Source of the DNA: Octopus vulgaris
Lineage: Eukaryota
Direction: 5' to 3'
Length of the DNA stretch: 64,000 bases
Assembly (NCBI GenBank): GCA_951406725.2
Contig: OX597825.1
Coordinates: forward strand, 58,094,001-58,158,000
How positions within the stretch are numbered: position 1 is the stretch's first letter; the number at the start of each line of letters is the position of its first letter. Both the position numbers and the translations under genes were made by a program. This document shows positions 27,945-43,055 of this stretch, piece by piece. The notes beneath the pieces are model-generated. The model worked only from the letters and a program-made list of their open reading frames with translations. It was not told the DNA's origin and made no database searches.

Positions 27945-30278
27945 CCAAAACTTCCATACACACATCATCATTCATCATCATTGTTCGACCGTGGTCGAGA
28001 CAATGGAATTTACCATGTTGCGCCAGACTTCACGGTCCATCATAGCATTACGGAGGTCCTGTTGCTGGATGCCTGTATCCCTGGAGATTACATCTGGGTA
28101 GGAGAGTGTGCGCCACACACATGCATACATATATGCATATATACGACGGGCTTCTCTCAGTTTCCGTCTACCAAATCCACTCACAGAGCTTTGGTTGGCC
28201 CGAGGCTATAGTAGAAGACACTTGCCCAAGGTCCCACTTTTCTTGGATGACTGCACATCCTAAGGATCTTCGCCATTTACATGAATATTTGAACATTTCA
28301 GTATAACTTCGAACGAGTGATGTTCTTTGCAAGCTACTTTTACTATAAACTGCTAGTCAGGGTGGAGACCCAATGTGATCTTTCGGCTAGTCAGAAATAA
28401 TAGCCAAATCTCCTTGAATCACTTACTCGTGGTAAAGAAAGGACACACTGGATATTTGGATAATCAAAAAAAAAAAACATGGAAGACCCGAAGGTCAATA
28501 TTCGAATACTTTTGATTATCGATATGCTCAATCAAATGATGTGGAGGGATAGTTAAACATTATTGTCATCATCATAATCATCATCATCATTATCATCAGT
28601 TTGGGCAACGTCAAAACATTGCTTTAATACCTCACGTTTCAAAAATATTGGGCTAACTTTGCAGGAAGGGAAAATTACGCTCCACTGCAAATGCATGACC
28701 ATATCGTTCGAGTGAATTTTATTTTAAAAAATACATATTTCACTTCTCTAGCGGATGACAATTCGCATTCAATATAATCGTAAGGATAAAGTATCGTTAA
28801 AATTTTTTGATATTGTGCTGCTGGTATAGTCGAGAATTTACAATAGGCGCAGGCGCCGCTGTGTGGTAAAAAACTCACTTTCCAGCCACATGGATCTGGG
28901 TTCAGTTCCAGTGCGTGGCACTTCGAGCAAGTGTTTTGTACTGTAGCCCCGCACTGACCAACGCCTTTTGAGTGGATTTGGTAGAAGGAAACTGAAAGAA
29001 ACCCGTCGATATATATATATATATATATATATATCAGTGTGTCTGTGGGTTTGTCTCTGTGCTCCCTGTCACGGCAAAAAGGGACTGATAGAATTGGTAC
29101 CAGGCTTTAAAAAAACATCTATTGGTTTCGATTCATGCGACTAAAAATTCATCAAGATAGTGCGCCTGCTTAGCAACAGTCTAATGACTGAAAGAAGTAA
29201 AAATATATATATAATCATATTAATATTAATTAAATTATTAGGCGGCGAGCTAGCACGCCGGGCGAAATGCTTAGCAATATTTCGTCTGTCTTTACGTTCT
29301 GAGTGCAAATTCCGCCGAAGTTCAAATCCCTTTCGGGGTCGATTAAATAAGTACCAGTTACGCATTGGGGTCGATAGAATTGGTACCAGGCTTTAATCCG
29401 TTTGTCTGTCCTTGTTTGTCCCCTCTGTGTGTAGCCCCTTGTGGGCTGTAAAGAAATAAGAAACCTTAGCACTCCAGGCAAAATGCTTATTGGTATTTCG
29501 CCTGTCTTTTTGTTCTGAATTCAAATTCCGCTCAGTTGCGTACAGAGGTCAATCTAATCGACTGGCCCCCTCTCCAAAAATTTCGGTCCTTGTTCCTAGA
29601 GTAGAAAACAATATTAGATTATTTTGACATCAAATTTTTTTTTATATTGTTTCATTTCCTAAGCAAGGTCACAGAAATAGCTGCACACCAACCCAAAAAA
29701 GAATTTTGCTGACCCACTTTTTCTTAAATTCTTTAGAATGATGAGGTTAATATTTAGATTGAATGTCTAGTCGGTGTCTGCAAGAAAAACATGAGTGGGA
29801 TGAAGTTTTCACAAGATTCAAGAAGAAAGTGTACGTTTGTAAGCCAGCTATTGTATGTAGTGCGTTTGTGACTCATTGTCTGCCAGTCAAATGGGATGAT
29901 GTAAAAAAATACCGTCTTATTTAAGTGACCAAGTACACCAGTGTCGGTCTTAGGTAACTTTCATTGAGAGATTCAGCAACTGATAAAGTTGAAGACACGA
30001 TAAAGATAATGAGAGAGTGAAAAAAGGACCCATAGAAGAACATATGGCCAGATAGCTTATTAATTCATAGATGCTGTAAGCGTTTACAGGAGCAGAAAAT
30101 ATAACAAATAAGACAGTAATAGTTTGATTGTTGCCCCACATTGGTGTGGTGCACTGTGTTCGGTTATCTTTTGTCTTTTGTATTTTACTTGTTTCAATCA
30201 TTAGACTGCGGCCATGCTGGTGCTCCGCCTTAAAGAATTTTGCTTTTCTTAGTCGAATGAATCGACCCAGTACTTATT

Positions 30279-30313
<35 letters not shown>

Positions 30314-30435
30314 TTTTTTGTTAAGCCTGATTCTTATTTTATCGGGCTGTTTTACCGAACTGCTAAGTTGTGGAGACATAAACACATCGACACCGGTTGT
30401 TAAGCAGTGGTCGCGGACAAACACGAAGACACAAA

Positions 30436-30504
<69 letters not shown>

Positions 30505-30898
30505 ACTCACTCACTCACTCACATACACACGCACACATAGGCGCAGGTGTGGGTGTGGGGTAAGACATTTGCTTCCCAACCACGTGGTTTTAGGTTCAGT
30601 CCCACTGCGTGGCACCTTGGACATGGGTCTTCTACTATAGCCCCGGGTCGATGAAAACCATATGAGTGGACTTGGTAGACGGAAACTAAAAGAAGCCTGT
30701 AGTGTATATATATATATATATATATTGGTGTGGTGCAGCGTTATCATCTTTTTTTATTTTTGTTTAAGCACGATACTTATTTTATCGGCCTCTTTCGCCG
30801 AACCGGTAAGTTACGGAGACATAAACATACCAATACGGGTTGTCAAGCGGCGGCTGAGGACAAACGGACTTTAAAAATCTCACACACATACATACACT

Positions 30899-30929
<31 letters not shown>

Positions 30930-31993
30930 ACTTACACACGCGTGCACGCGCACACGCACGTACAAACACACACACATGCACACGCTCACACACATATATA
31001 TAAGCGCAGACGTGGGTGTGTGGTAAGAAGTTTCCTTCCAAAGCATATGGTACCAGGGTCAGTCTCATTGCATGGCACCTTGAACAAGTGTCTTCTATAA
31101 CCGCGGGCCGATCAAAGCATGGTGAGTGAATTTAGTAGGCGAAATCTGAAAAAAAAAAACCCGTTGTATATGTATATGTGTATGTCTGTATGTATGTGTG
31201 TGCGCTGGCGCACGCGTGTGTGTGTCTTTGTGTCTCTGTTTGTCCCCAACTACCGCTTAAGAACTAGTTTTGGTGTGTTTACGTCCCCTTAATTTAGCGG
31301 TTCCGCAACAGAAACCGACAGAATAAGTACCTGGCTTAGCAAAAAATGAGTACTGGGGTGGATTCATCCGACTATAAATTCTTGAAGGCGGAGCCCCAAC
31401 ATGACTGCAGTCATGCAAGTACATGATAAAAAAAAGTGATACGACAGACTTCTTTGAGTTTCCGTCCAGTAAATCCACTCACAAGACTTTGGTGTGCACA
31501 AGGTTATAGTAGAAGAAACTTGCCCAAGACGCCACACAGTAAGGCTGAGCCCGGAACCATGTAGTTGGGAAACAGGCTTCTTACAACAAAACCACCCCTG
31601 CGCCTTAATATAAAAATTAATTGCTTTAAAACATGTTAAAATAAATCATTGATTTAATATAGTATTAATATGATTATTTGACGTGGAGGCGCGTGGCTTA
31701 GTGGTTAGGGTGTCAGTACCATGATCGTACGATTGTGGTTTCGATTCCTGGACCGGGCGACGCGTTGTGTTCTTGAGCAAAACATTTCATTTCACGTTTC
31801 TCCAGTCAACTCAGCTGGCAAAAATGAGTAAAGGTGCGATGGACTGGCGTCCCGTCCAGCTGGGGAACACATACGCCATAGAAACCGGGTAACCGGGCCC
31901 ATGAACCTGGCTAGGCTTTCAAAAGATCGCATTCATTTATTTTATGATTATTTGATACATTTATAGACATAATTATTCAATATAATATTTCAG

Positions 31994-32245
31994 AAAACAT
32001 TGCCCTTGGCCGACCAGCTTTCCAGTCGTCTGATTTTGAAGTTAAATTCATGGATGGTCGCAAACTTTGCAGCTCCAAGTATTTGGCCACAGCAGGTTTT
32101 GCTGTGGATGGCAAATACAACCAAAACTTCCAGCACAAGTCGTGTAGTCGCACGCAGGAAAGTTCCAGCAAAAGTTATTGGTATGTGATACTCGACAGGA
32201 ATTATACTATAAACCAGATTAGGATATACGCTCACAGTTTCTTCC
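31994..32245 (+). CDS. Adhesion GPCR exon: F-type lectin (fucolectin/F5/8-like) domain, N-half (intact copy)
   Basis: tttcag|AA...TTCC|gtaagt, 252 nt, phase 1-1. Reads ENIALGRPAFQSS...AGFAVDGKYNQNFQHKSCSRTQESSSKSYWYVILDRNYTINQIRIYAHSFF, with the NxALxxxxxQSS and AVDG hallmarks. Confidence 0.92.
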
Positions 32246-32304
32246 GTAAGTAGAGAAGTTTTTAACCACACGCAAAACACAGATTGCTTAGTAGGACTAG
32301 CGAT

Positions 32305-32643
32305 CGTGGTGGTGGGGCTGGGAGTGTGGTGGTGGTGGTGATGGTGGTGGAGGAGGAGGAGGAGGAGGGAGAGGTGGGGTTGGTTGTGGTGGAGTTGATG
32401 GTGGTGATGGTAATAGTAGTAGTAATAGAAATGGTAATAGCAGTAGTAGTAGTGTTAGTAGTAGCAGTAGTGGTAGCAGTAGTAGTAGTAGTAATAATGG
32501 TAGTGTTGGAGCATTGTTGTTGTTGTTGTGGTGGTGGTGGTGGAGTTAATGGTAGCGGTGATGGTAATAGTAGTAGTAGTAGTAGTAGTAGTAGTAATAG
32601 CAACAGCAGCAGTAGTAGTAGTAGTAATAGCAACAGCAGCAGC

Positions 32644-32676
<33 letters not shown>

Positions 32677-32720
32677 GGTGATTGTGGTGTTAGTAGTAGT
32701 AGTGGTGGTGGTGGTGGTGT

Positions 32721-32755
<35 letters not shown>
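32305..32755. repeat. Compound trinucleotide microsatellite (GGT/AGT/AGC)
   Basis: Directly visible. Confidence 0.9.
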
Positions 32756-33077
32756 TTTACTGTCACCCAGACAGCTATGTGGTATACCTTAAGTAGCAGT
32801 ACCACCCGAGAGTAAAACTGTCAATTTATTCAATCAATATGCGCAAAGTATCCGGGTGGCTTTAGTCAAGTCCGGGTGGAGGTTGTGAATATAATCTACC
32901 GCCGCCACCCCCATCACTACCCCGCACAAAATGTGTGGCGCTGCGTCATTATTTGAAATCAATGTTTCCTATGTTTGTAAGTATTTTATTATTTTATTCC
33001 TTTCGTCATAAGACTTCGGCTTTGCTGAGGTACCGCCTTCAATATTCTAACCCATTATATCGGTCCCACACCGATCT

Positions 33078-33138
<61 letters not shown>

Positions 33139-33208
33139 CACATACAAATTCACACATACAGATAAATACATTTTTACATGTATATATTTATATTTATATC
33201 TATCTGTA

Positions 33209-33866
33209 TACAGTGTCCCAGAAGTCACTGATGGGTTTCAGTTTTTAATAACTTCCTTAACTTTACAAATAAATGCATAAAATTTTGATACAATATAAAG
33301 GATATAATGGAAATCAATATACACACGCCAAATTTTGCAACGCCTCTGTATCACATATGAAAAATGACATCGCTTAAATGGCAGCCATTTTCCGCTATGC
33401 ATGCTCGTGCTCTTTCTAAAACTTGCAGCAAAACACCCTCAAGAGTTTCAGAACCCCACTTCTCTAATTTCTCTATTGATTTTCTCCTTCAGCTGCACCA
33501 GGGTCTCCTGTTTGTTGACGTAAATCCTCTCTGGAGAACGTGAAGGCCATTTTCAAAGTAGACCTCATATATGGTTCCGGCAAGATGGGGCAACTGCTCA
33601 TACTACAAGAGAAACAATGCAGTTGCTACGGCAGGACTTTGGAGAGAAAATAATCTCTCGCTACGGCAATGTCAACTGGCTTTCACGTTCTCCAGACTTG
33701 AATAGTCCGGAGAACATCAATAGAGAAATCAGAGAAATTGGGTCTGAAACTCTTGAGGGTGTTATGGTGCAAGTTTTGGAAGGACAGGGGCGTGCAGAGT
33801 CGAAAATGGCTGCCATTTAAGCAATGTTATTTTCTATATGTGATGTAGTGGTGTTGCAAAATTTCA
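33209..33866 (+). mobile_element. Rearranged Tc1/mariner-family transposon remnant
   Basis: WFRQDGATAHTTRETMQLLRQDFGEKIISRYGNVNWLSRSPDLN catalytic-region motifs. TA-CAGTG start. The transposase 3' end is also present as an inverted copy. Confidence 0.75.
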
Positions 33867-34543
33867 CTTGTGCACACACACGTTTCTATAACCTAACGGG
33901 GAATGTTTTATTTACTGCTTCCTATTCATCGAAGGTGAGGTATTTTGTCTAGGAATGTGGCTAGCTATAAATGCATCCCATTGTTGAGGCCGAAAAGCAT
34001 CTGACGCTCTCGCTAGCCGATGCTGGAACAATTTTTGCTTCCTTCCGTTATATGTTTTTAAAGACAGAACATCCACAAAACACATAAGTTTTGGATGAAT
34101 ACTGCAGTAAATTGCCTTTCAACGATGAATTTACATTAAGTATGATACATATGTGAAAGCTCACGGCTTAGTGGTTAGAGTGTCGTGCTTACAATTGTGA
34201 GGTTGTAAGTTTGATTCCAGGATCCGGCTGTGTATTGTGTTGTTGAACAAGACAGTTTATTTCACGTTGCTCCAGTACACTTAGCTGTAGAAATGAGAAA
34301 GAACGTCACTGGTGCCAGGCTGTATTGGACTTCTCTTTTCCCTTGGAGGACGTGAGTGGCGTGAAGAAATGAGCGATGCTGATCTTCCATAAACAATCTT
34401 GTTCGGACTTGTGCGTCAGTGGGGAACTTTCCAGGTGAAACCCATTGTCGTTCGTGACTGAAAGGAGATTTTTACCTGTTATTCTTTTATGACACATAAA
34501 TGACTATATTAGTTTGATATGACTTCTATTACATATAACGGAT

Positions 34544-34658
<115 letters not shown>

Positions 34659-34709
34659 TTAGCAGCTGAAATATGTCACAAACATATTTTAACTAACCTA
34701 AATTTTGCA

Positions 34710-35090
34710 CCAACGGTCTGATGCCTTTCTACTGGGGGACTCCCACTTTCTGTCTTCCAAGTTCTTCGCTGTCCTAGTGGATTCTGGAAGAGATTTCGCT
34801 GTCCAGTGATCCATCTCCTGAAATTGTGCCGCCAGGGTCCTTGAATCTCTCAAAACACTTCAGCTGGACTTCATCAATCGTGATGTTTGGCTGGTGACGA
34901 ATTTCGTTCGGGGCTGCTTTGACAACGACTTCTGTTTTCTCAAGGTTGATGGTCAGTCTAAAGAGCTTTGACGCTTCTGCAAAGCGGTCGACAATGGTCT
35001 ACGGTGATTTTCCTTGTGTGTCATCAGAGCGTAGTAATCTGTAAATAGAGCTTCACTGATGAGCTTTTCCACTGTCTTCATTCGGTGAAG
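34710..35090 (-). mobile_element. RTE-type LINE reverse-transcriptase fragment
   Basis: IVDRFAEASKLFRLTINLEKTEVV...GGTISGDGSLDSEISSRI on the minus strand. Confidence 0.75.
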
Positions 35091-35656
35091 TGAACTGCTT
35101 AACTGCTATGTCTGCTTTTACGCCATTCTTTTACTGTTGTCCTATCAACTATTGCTTCCATAATACACCACGACATAGTTGCTTTGTGAAAAGAAGATCA
35201 TTTTTACTTCTCCCTTTAAACCCTACATGCTGATTTTAATTCCTATTTGTTGTTTAAAAAAAAGTAAACCACTATTCATTGTTAACATACATGGTTGTAA
35301 AGTAGCATAACTTAATGTTTTATTGTATGTTATTTCATACCACACCAGGGCTATCTTGGTGGCAATGATTTTCCCCCGGGAAAATCAATGCACGGGGTCC
35401 ATTAGTATTTTTTTATTGACAACAAGCCACAGCAACCATAGATCTCAAATGGACCCGTTGACCTATGGCAATCTCTAACGACTGCCTAGTGTCCATACCT
35501 TAAAACGACACTCTACCTCATTTCTGTGCTCAACCTGCAGTGGACTTAATGTACGTTTCTGAAACCAAATCATTTTAATATTTCTAAACACCAAAAATAT
35601 CTTTGTTTAAAACGCATAATCAGTAAGGTTCTACTTTTGTTGTTTATTTCCATTAG

Positions 35657-35839
35657 ATTACGGTTTGAATGTATTTGTCGGGGATAAAAACGATCCCTGT
35701 TCCCAGTTATGCTACGAAAGCAAATCAACTGAAACTATTCTTCATATATCTTGTCAACGTCCGTTGGTTGGTGAAACTGTTTGTATCCAAACTGCCAAGG
35801 AATACGCCTCTTTGTCCTTGTGTGAAGTAGAAGTCATCC
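35657..35839 (+). CDS. Adhesion GPCR exon: F-type lectin domain, C-half
   Basis: cattag|AT...ATCC|gtaagt, 183 nt, phase 1-1. Ends ISCQRPLVGETVCIQTAKEYASLSLCEVEVI (LxLCEVEV hallmark). Confidence 0.92.
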
Positions 35840-36178
35840 GTAAGTAGCTTTCTGTTCGTTTTCTTTCTTCATTGTTATATTCCCGTCACAATATATCATA
35901 CAACAATTTTACTGCTTTGTGTTTCATAAACAAATATCTTTGAATCATTTCACACAGAATGTGTTGTTGTTGTTGTGTTTAATCTCAGGTGATCCTCAAA
36001 GACCAAACCTATGCTGAAGTGCGTTCTGACCATGACGAACCTAATTTTAGACGTAGTATATCAAAATCGAATCATTACAACGTATCTTTTCTCTTTCAAA
36101 ACTATAGAATATGTAATTTGGAGGGCACATTGATTTGATTACTATTTCTAGCGGATCGAGCGATCAGAAATGTTTCAA

Positions 36179-36455
<277 letters not shown>

Positions 36456-36717
36456 ATGTTTACCTCTAGGCCTACTCCGATGAAGCAAACCTATGACCGT
36501 AGGTATACTGGCTGTGACCATCCCGTCGTTTTCCAGTGTACTGACATTTCAGGAAAACGTTATTTAATATCTCCTTTTCTAAGAGTAGAAGTGTGTTTGG
36601 GAGAGATTTCGTCACTGTTTCTAGTAGATAGCGAGATAACATTGTTGATTTGTGCATGTTGGCTGTAGTGGTGGTGGTGGTGGTTGTTGTTACTGCTGCT
36701 ACTGCTGTTACTGCCGT

Positions 36718-36756
<39 letters not shown>

Positions 36757-37099
36757 GGTGTTTGCTTTTTAGCAGCTGAAATATGCCACAAACATATTCT
36801 AACCAACCTAAAATATGTGTGCTCTTAGTTCGTGAGTGATCTGTGGTTTTTAGGCGTAAGGGAATATATATCTTTAAACGCCTGGTGAAAGTTACATGCA
36901 AGCAAAGCAATGACGAAACATCAACGTCTGTCGCTTCGAGAAAAGACTTGATGTGAGTTGTCTGTGAGTTGCATTCCGGTGTTCTTTTTACACCAGGCGC
37001 ATAGAGAATTTATTCTCTTACACCTAGAAACTGCACCCGATCCCCAAACTAACAACACACATACCTTGTGTAGGTGTGTTCGGTTTTGTATGTATATAT

Positions 37100-37151
<52 letters not shown>

Positions 37152-37272
37152 GTGTAACATTGTATTCATTTCTAAATCCATTTGTATCAAAGAGCTATTT
37201 TCCCACAGAAGACCAATACACATCTGATACCACCACACACACACGCACGCGCGCGCGCAGACACACACACAC

Positions 37273-39041
<1,769 letters not shown>

Positions 39042-39362
39042 GTGGTGGTGGTATCAGATGTGTATTGGTCTTCTGTGGGAAAATAGTTCTTTGGTACAAA
39101 TGGACTTAGAAATGAATACAATGTTCCATGAATACAATGCACACAACACCACCTCCACCACCATAACCGCCACCACTGGTACCATAATTAACAACAGACT
39201 TTCCCACGTTAAAGAATTTCTTTCATAAGAGAGTTTCTGAAGTTACGTCAAAATATAACGACAAAAGATATTCTCAACTTCTGGTGAGTGCAGAGACGTA
39301 ACAACCACCACACCTGAAACACACGCATATAGATGCATGCATATACAGATCTGAATGCGTGG

Positions 39363-39482
<120 letters not shown>

Positions 39483-40020
39483 GTGCAGGGGCGGCTATAG
39501 TACGCGCAGGCGTTGCTGTGTGGCAAGAAGCTTGGCAGAAACGTTAGTACGCCGGAGCGAAATGCTTAGCGATATTTCGTCTGCCGCTACGTTCTGAGTT
39601 CAAATTCCACCGAGGTCGACTTTGCCTTTCATTCTTTCGGAGTCGATTAAATAAGTATCAGTTACGCACTGGGGTCAATATAATCGACTTAATTCGTTTG
39701 TCTATCCTTGTTTGTCCCCTTTGTGTGTAGCCCCTTTATGGACAGTAAAGAAAAATATCTCAACTATATATATATATATATAAAACTGAGAATGTGTGTG
39801 TGTCTGTCTGTCTGTGTGTTTCCCTAAAACTTGAGAACTACACAACCAATTTCATTCAAATTTGACACATGCCTTACTTAGGGTCCATGTAGTGTCATGG
39901 GCAAAAAAATGTTTAACTACTTGCCTAGAGCGAGCCAACAGCAACATCATATCTTCTCCACTATTTCAGTATTACGTGTTTAAAGTGAAACAAATACATC
40001 TCTCTATTGTATGCATATTG

Positions 40021-40065
<45 letters not shown>

Positions 40066-41269
40066 TATTAAAAAATATAAAGTTATATCTTCAGATCGTT
40101 AGTGACAACAACGCTCAAAATATATAACAGACTAGAATAGTAGTGCTCAAATGAGCTGTATACATTTTTTAATCCGAGGGAGACAATGCGAGCAGCAACT
40201 ACAAGAGCACTACAAAATCCACAGAAAGATCAAACACATACATATATTCATATATTCATTTATATCTACAGAACAGACATAAAGCCCGACGTTTAGAAAT
40301 ATATAGTAATATATAAATATATAAGCATCATATAAAAATATATTGTACGCATAAGATTCACTCGACGTTCCATAAGAAATTTAGAAATAAAAATTGCAAT
40401 AAAAGTTCGAGGTAATAATAACAATTGAATTAAATATAGTAAATATAGTAAGTAGTAATTAAATATATTTTATTTTATTAAAATGCTAATTAAATTGTAA
40501 TATAACAATTAAAAGAAAAAATAGCAATTAGTATAAAATGTATCAAGGACTTCGAATATGTGGCTTTGCATGAGCGGGAGAAATTAAAAGATGAAAAATT
40601 TAATTGAGTGCAGAAGTGAATTAGTCCAGATGGAGTTGTGCGCATACCATTTGCTATAGCTGCTAGATTGAATTATATGCTTATAAAGTAGCATTCAGTA
40701 TCTATGAGAATTTTGGGGCGTACGTAATGCCTGGTCTTTCGCATGTAGCAGGTATGTAATTGTGCATTTGTTTCCGTGTACTATGTGTTGTGTGTAATTG
40801 TGCTTCTTATTTGAACCTGTGAGTTGCTGTTTAATTGTTGATTGTTAATTTTTATCGTTAAACGTTATTGTTACACGGTTTTTTAGTTTTTTTTCTGTCT
40901 GTGTTGAGACAGACAAGGAAGAAATGGGCTGCCCCATCCCTAAGGGAGAGATGGCCAGACGAAGTATGTTCAAAAGTCTGTCGGATTTATCGACTTCTGA
41001 AGAAGAACTTGAAAAGGCGATAAAGAAAATGGACAAGCAATTAGGCAACACATACGCAGGAGCGACAAGAATGGAGGAAAGAGAAATAGACTTGGCCAAG
41101 TTGCCAAGCTACCAGGCATTTATTAAAAAGGTCGGCGGTGAAGTGGAGTTGTCACCGCCACCAAAACGAAGAGAGTGGCATGAACGAAGGACCATCACGT
41201 ATCGGGTTTATACCAATGAAAAAAAGAAAATAGAAGTCGTCAGTATGGAGACAATAGTAGAAGCTTCGA

Positions 41270-43055
41270 CACATTCGAAAAGTACGTTACTACGCTTTGA
41301 TGATCGACACGACTCCTAATGAAACCCATAGAGAACAAATGTCGCAAGTCGTGAGATACGTCGACATTGATTTCGAAAAAAAGGACAATTTGTGTTCGGG
41401 AGTCGTTTCTAGGCTTCTTCCAAATTAGCCAAAAGGACGCCACCAGATTGGTTAAGGTAATTTTGAATGAATTAGATAACTATTGCGTTCACTGACTGCA
41501 GTGCTACGACAATGTTGCAGTTATGGTCGGGAATATAAGCGGTGTTCAACACAGAATCAAGGAATTGAATAGTCAAGTTTTATTCGTGAACTGTGACAAT
41601 CGCTCACTGAATCTTGTTGATTTGAATGCAGCAAAAGGTGATAAAGCTGTCATTTCGTTTTTTAATGTTATCGATTAGATGTTCGCCTTCTTTTCTCAAT
41701 CAACGCGGCGTTGGGAAAAACTGAAGCAGGCTATCCCTCTTGTTCTCAAGTTTCCATCCGACACAAAGTGGAGTGCAAGAACAAAAGCCGTAAAGACTGT
41801 TCCGGACTTCTTCAATGAACTTTTTCATCTCATCTGAAATTTGACGGATAATGATGATAAGATAACCGATACGCGCTGTGATGCCGTCAATCTTCTTAAC
41901 CGAATGTTAACGTTTAATTGTTTGGCATTGGTTGAATTTTGGAACTGGGTTCTCGCTCGCATCGTTCGCGCTCAGCAGCGGTTGCAAGTTCCTGAAATGA
42001 ATTTCCGAGTTGCTGCAGATGATCTCAAAGCCCTTCAACAGCAGCTTTTAAAAGACGGACGAATTATTATCCACCGGTCACTAGAAGAAGGCATTGATCT
42101 TTGTTAAATGTGGAACGCAGAAATCAAAAAGCGTCGAGGGAGACAAAAAAGACTACCTCTTGGTGATGACGAAGATGAAAAGTTAGCATCAACCAATGAG
42201 ATGGATACCATTATGAATGCTGTTCTTCATCGTTTTCAATCAGAAATGGAACAAACATTCGTCCATCTTAACGATATCGATGCTAAGTTCGGATTCCTCC
42301 TTGATATCCACTCTCTTTGCTACCCAAAACATCCTAACGAAGTTGGCCTTCGATCAAAATGTGATTTATTTGCTTCTCATTACTGTGGCGACATTGACGG
42401 CAAACAGCTTTTTGAGGGAATGATTGATTGCCAGGTATTGCTCTCAACTCGAACAAAATCTGCGATAACGAGACGAGAAAAACTCACTGTTCGATATGGA
42501 GATAACGTTTTTCCGAATTTGTGCATTGGCCTTCAGATACTTGCCACAATAGCTGTATCAATTGCGATCGTTCAGTAAGTTGAAGTAAATCCTATCTTAT
42601 TTGCAGACATCAATGTTGCAGGACTGCATGCATGATCTTACTCTTCTGAGCATTGAAAGTGAAGAGACAAAGGAAATTGATTTTGAAGATATATTTGATC
42701 AATTCGTCTCATCAAAAGCAAGAAAGATGAGACTTTAAACAAATGTATTTTTTTATTACATCTCATTTCACACATTAGGTTCTTTAATGTTTCAATAGTG
42801 GAAACTGATGCATCAAACGGTTAAAATAAGGAGGTATCGTAGAAGTAAACATTCAAAAAATATATTTTGAATTACAGGCTGTACCAAACCGGCAAGTAAA
42901 TGAACCCTGGTAAAGTATTTATTCCTGAAATATTGCCTTAAAACATTAATTACTTGTAACAAATAAGAATTATATAATATCGTGGATTTTGTAATTGGAG
43001 GTGGGGGCATTTTTGGGGCTTGCCCAGGGCGCGGTTTGCCCTAGCTACTCCACTG
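41270..43055 (+). mobile_element. Decayed hAT transposon (ZMYM1-like transposase), 5' truncated
   Basis: YYALMIDTTPNETHREQMSQVVRYV...ESFLGF, YDNVAVMVGNISGVQ, FVNCDNRSLNL and FPNLCIGLQILATIAVSIA (dimerisation region). 3' terminus ...ctagctactccactg. Confidence 0.88.

Larger units (their letters stand above)
11501..32138. repeat. Intragenic tandem array: 5 copies of a ~4.0 kb segment separated by 4 near-identical ~170 bp junction inserts
   Basis: Copies at 11501-15496, 15666-19645, 19815-23792, ~23961-27944 and 28114-32138. Acceptor-to-acceptor periods are 4149, 4147, 4151 and 4195. The same ORFs recur in the track. Confidence 0.97.

Noticed and set aside
12533-31478. Sets of identical short ORFs recurring five times, suggesting a gene cluster
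   Set aside because: They are SINE or intron translations repeated by the tandem array. Only the lectin half-exon is gene-derived.
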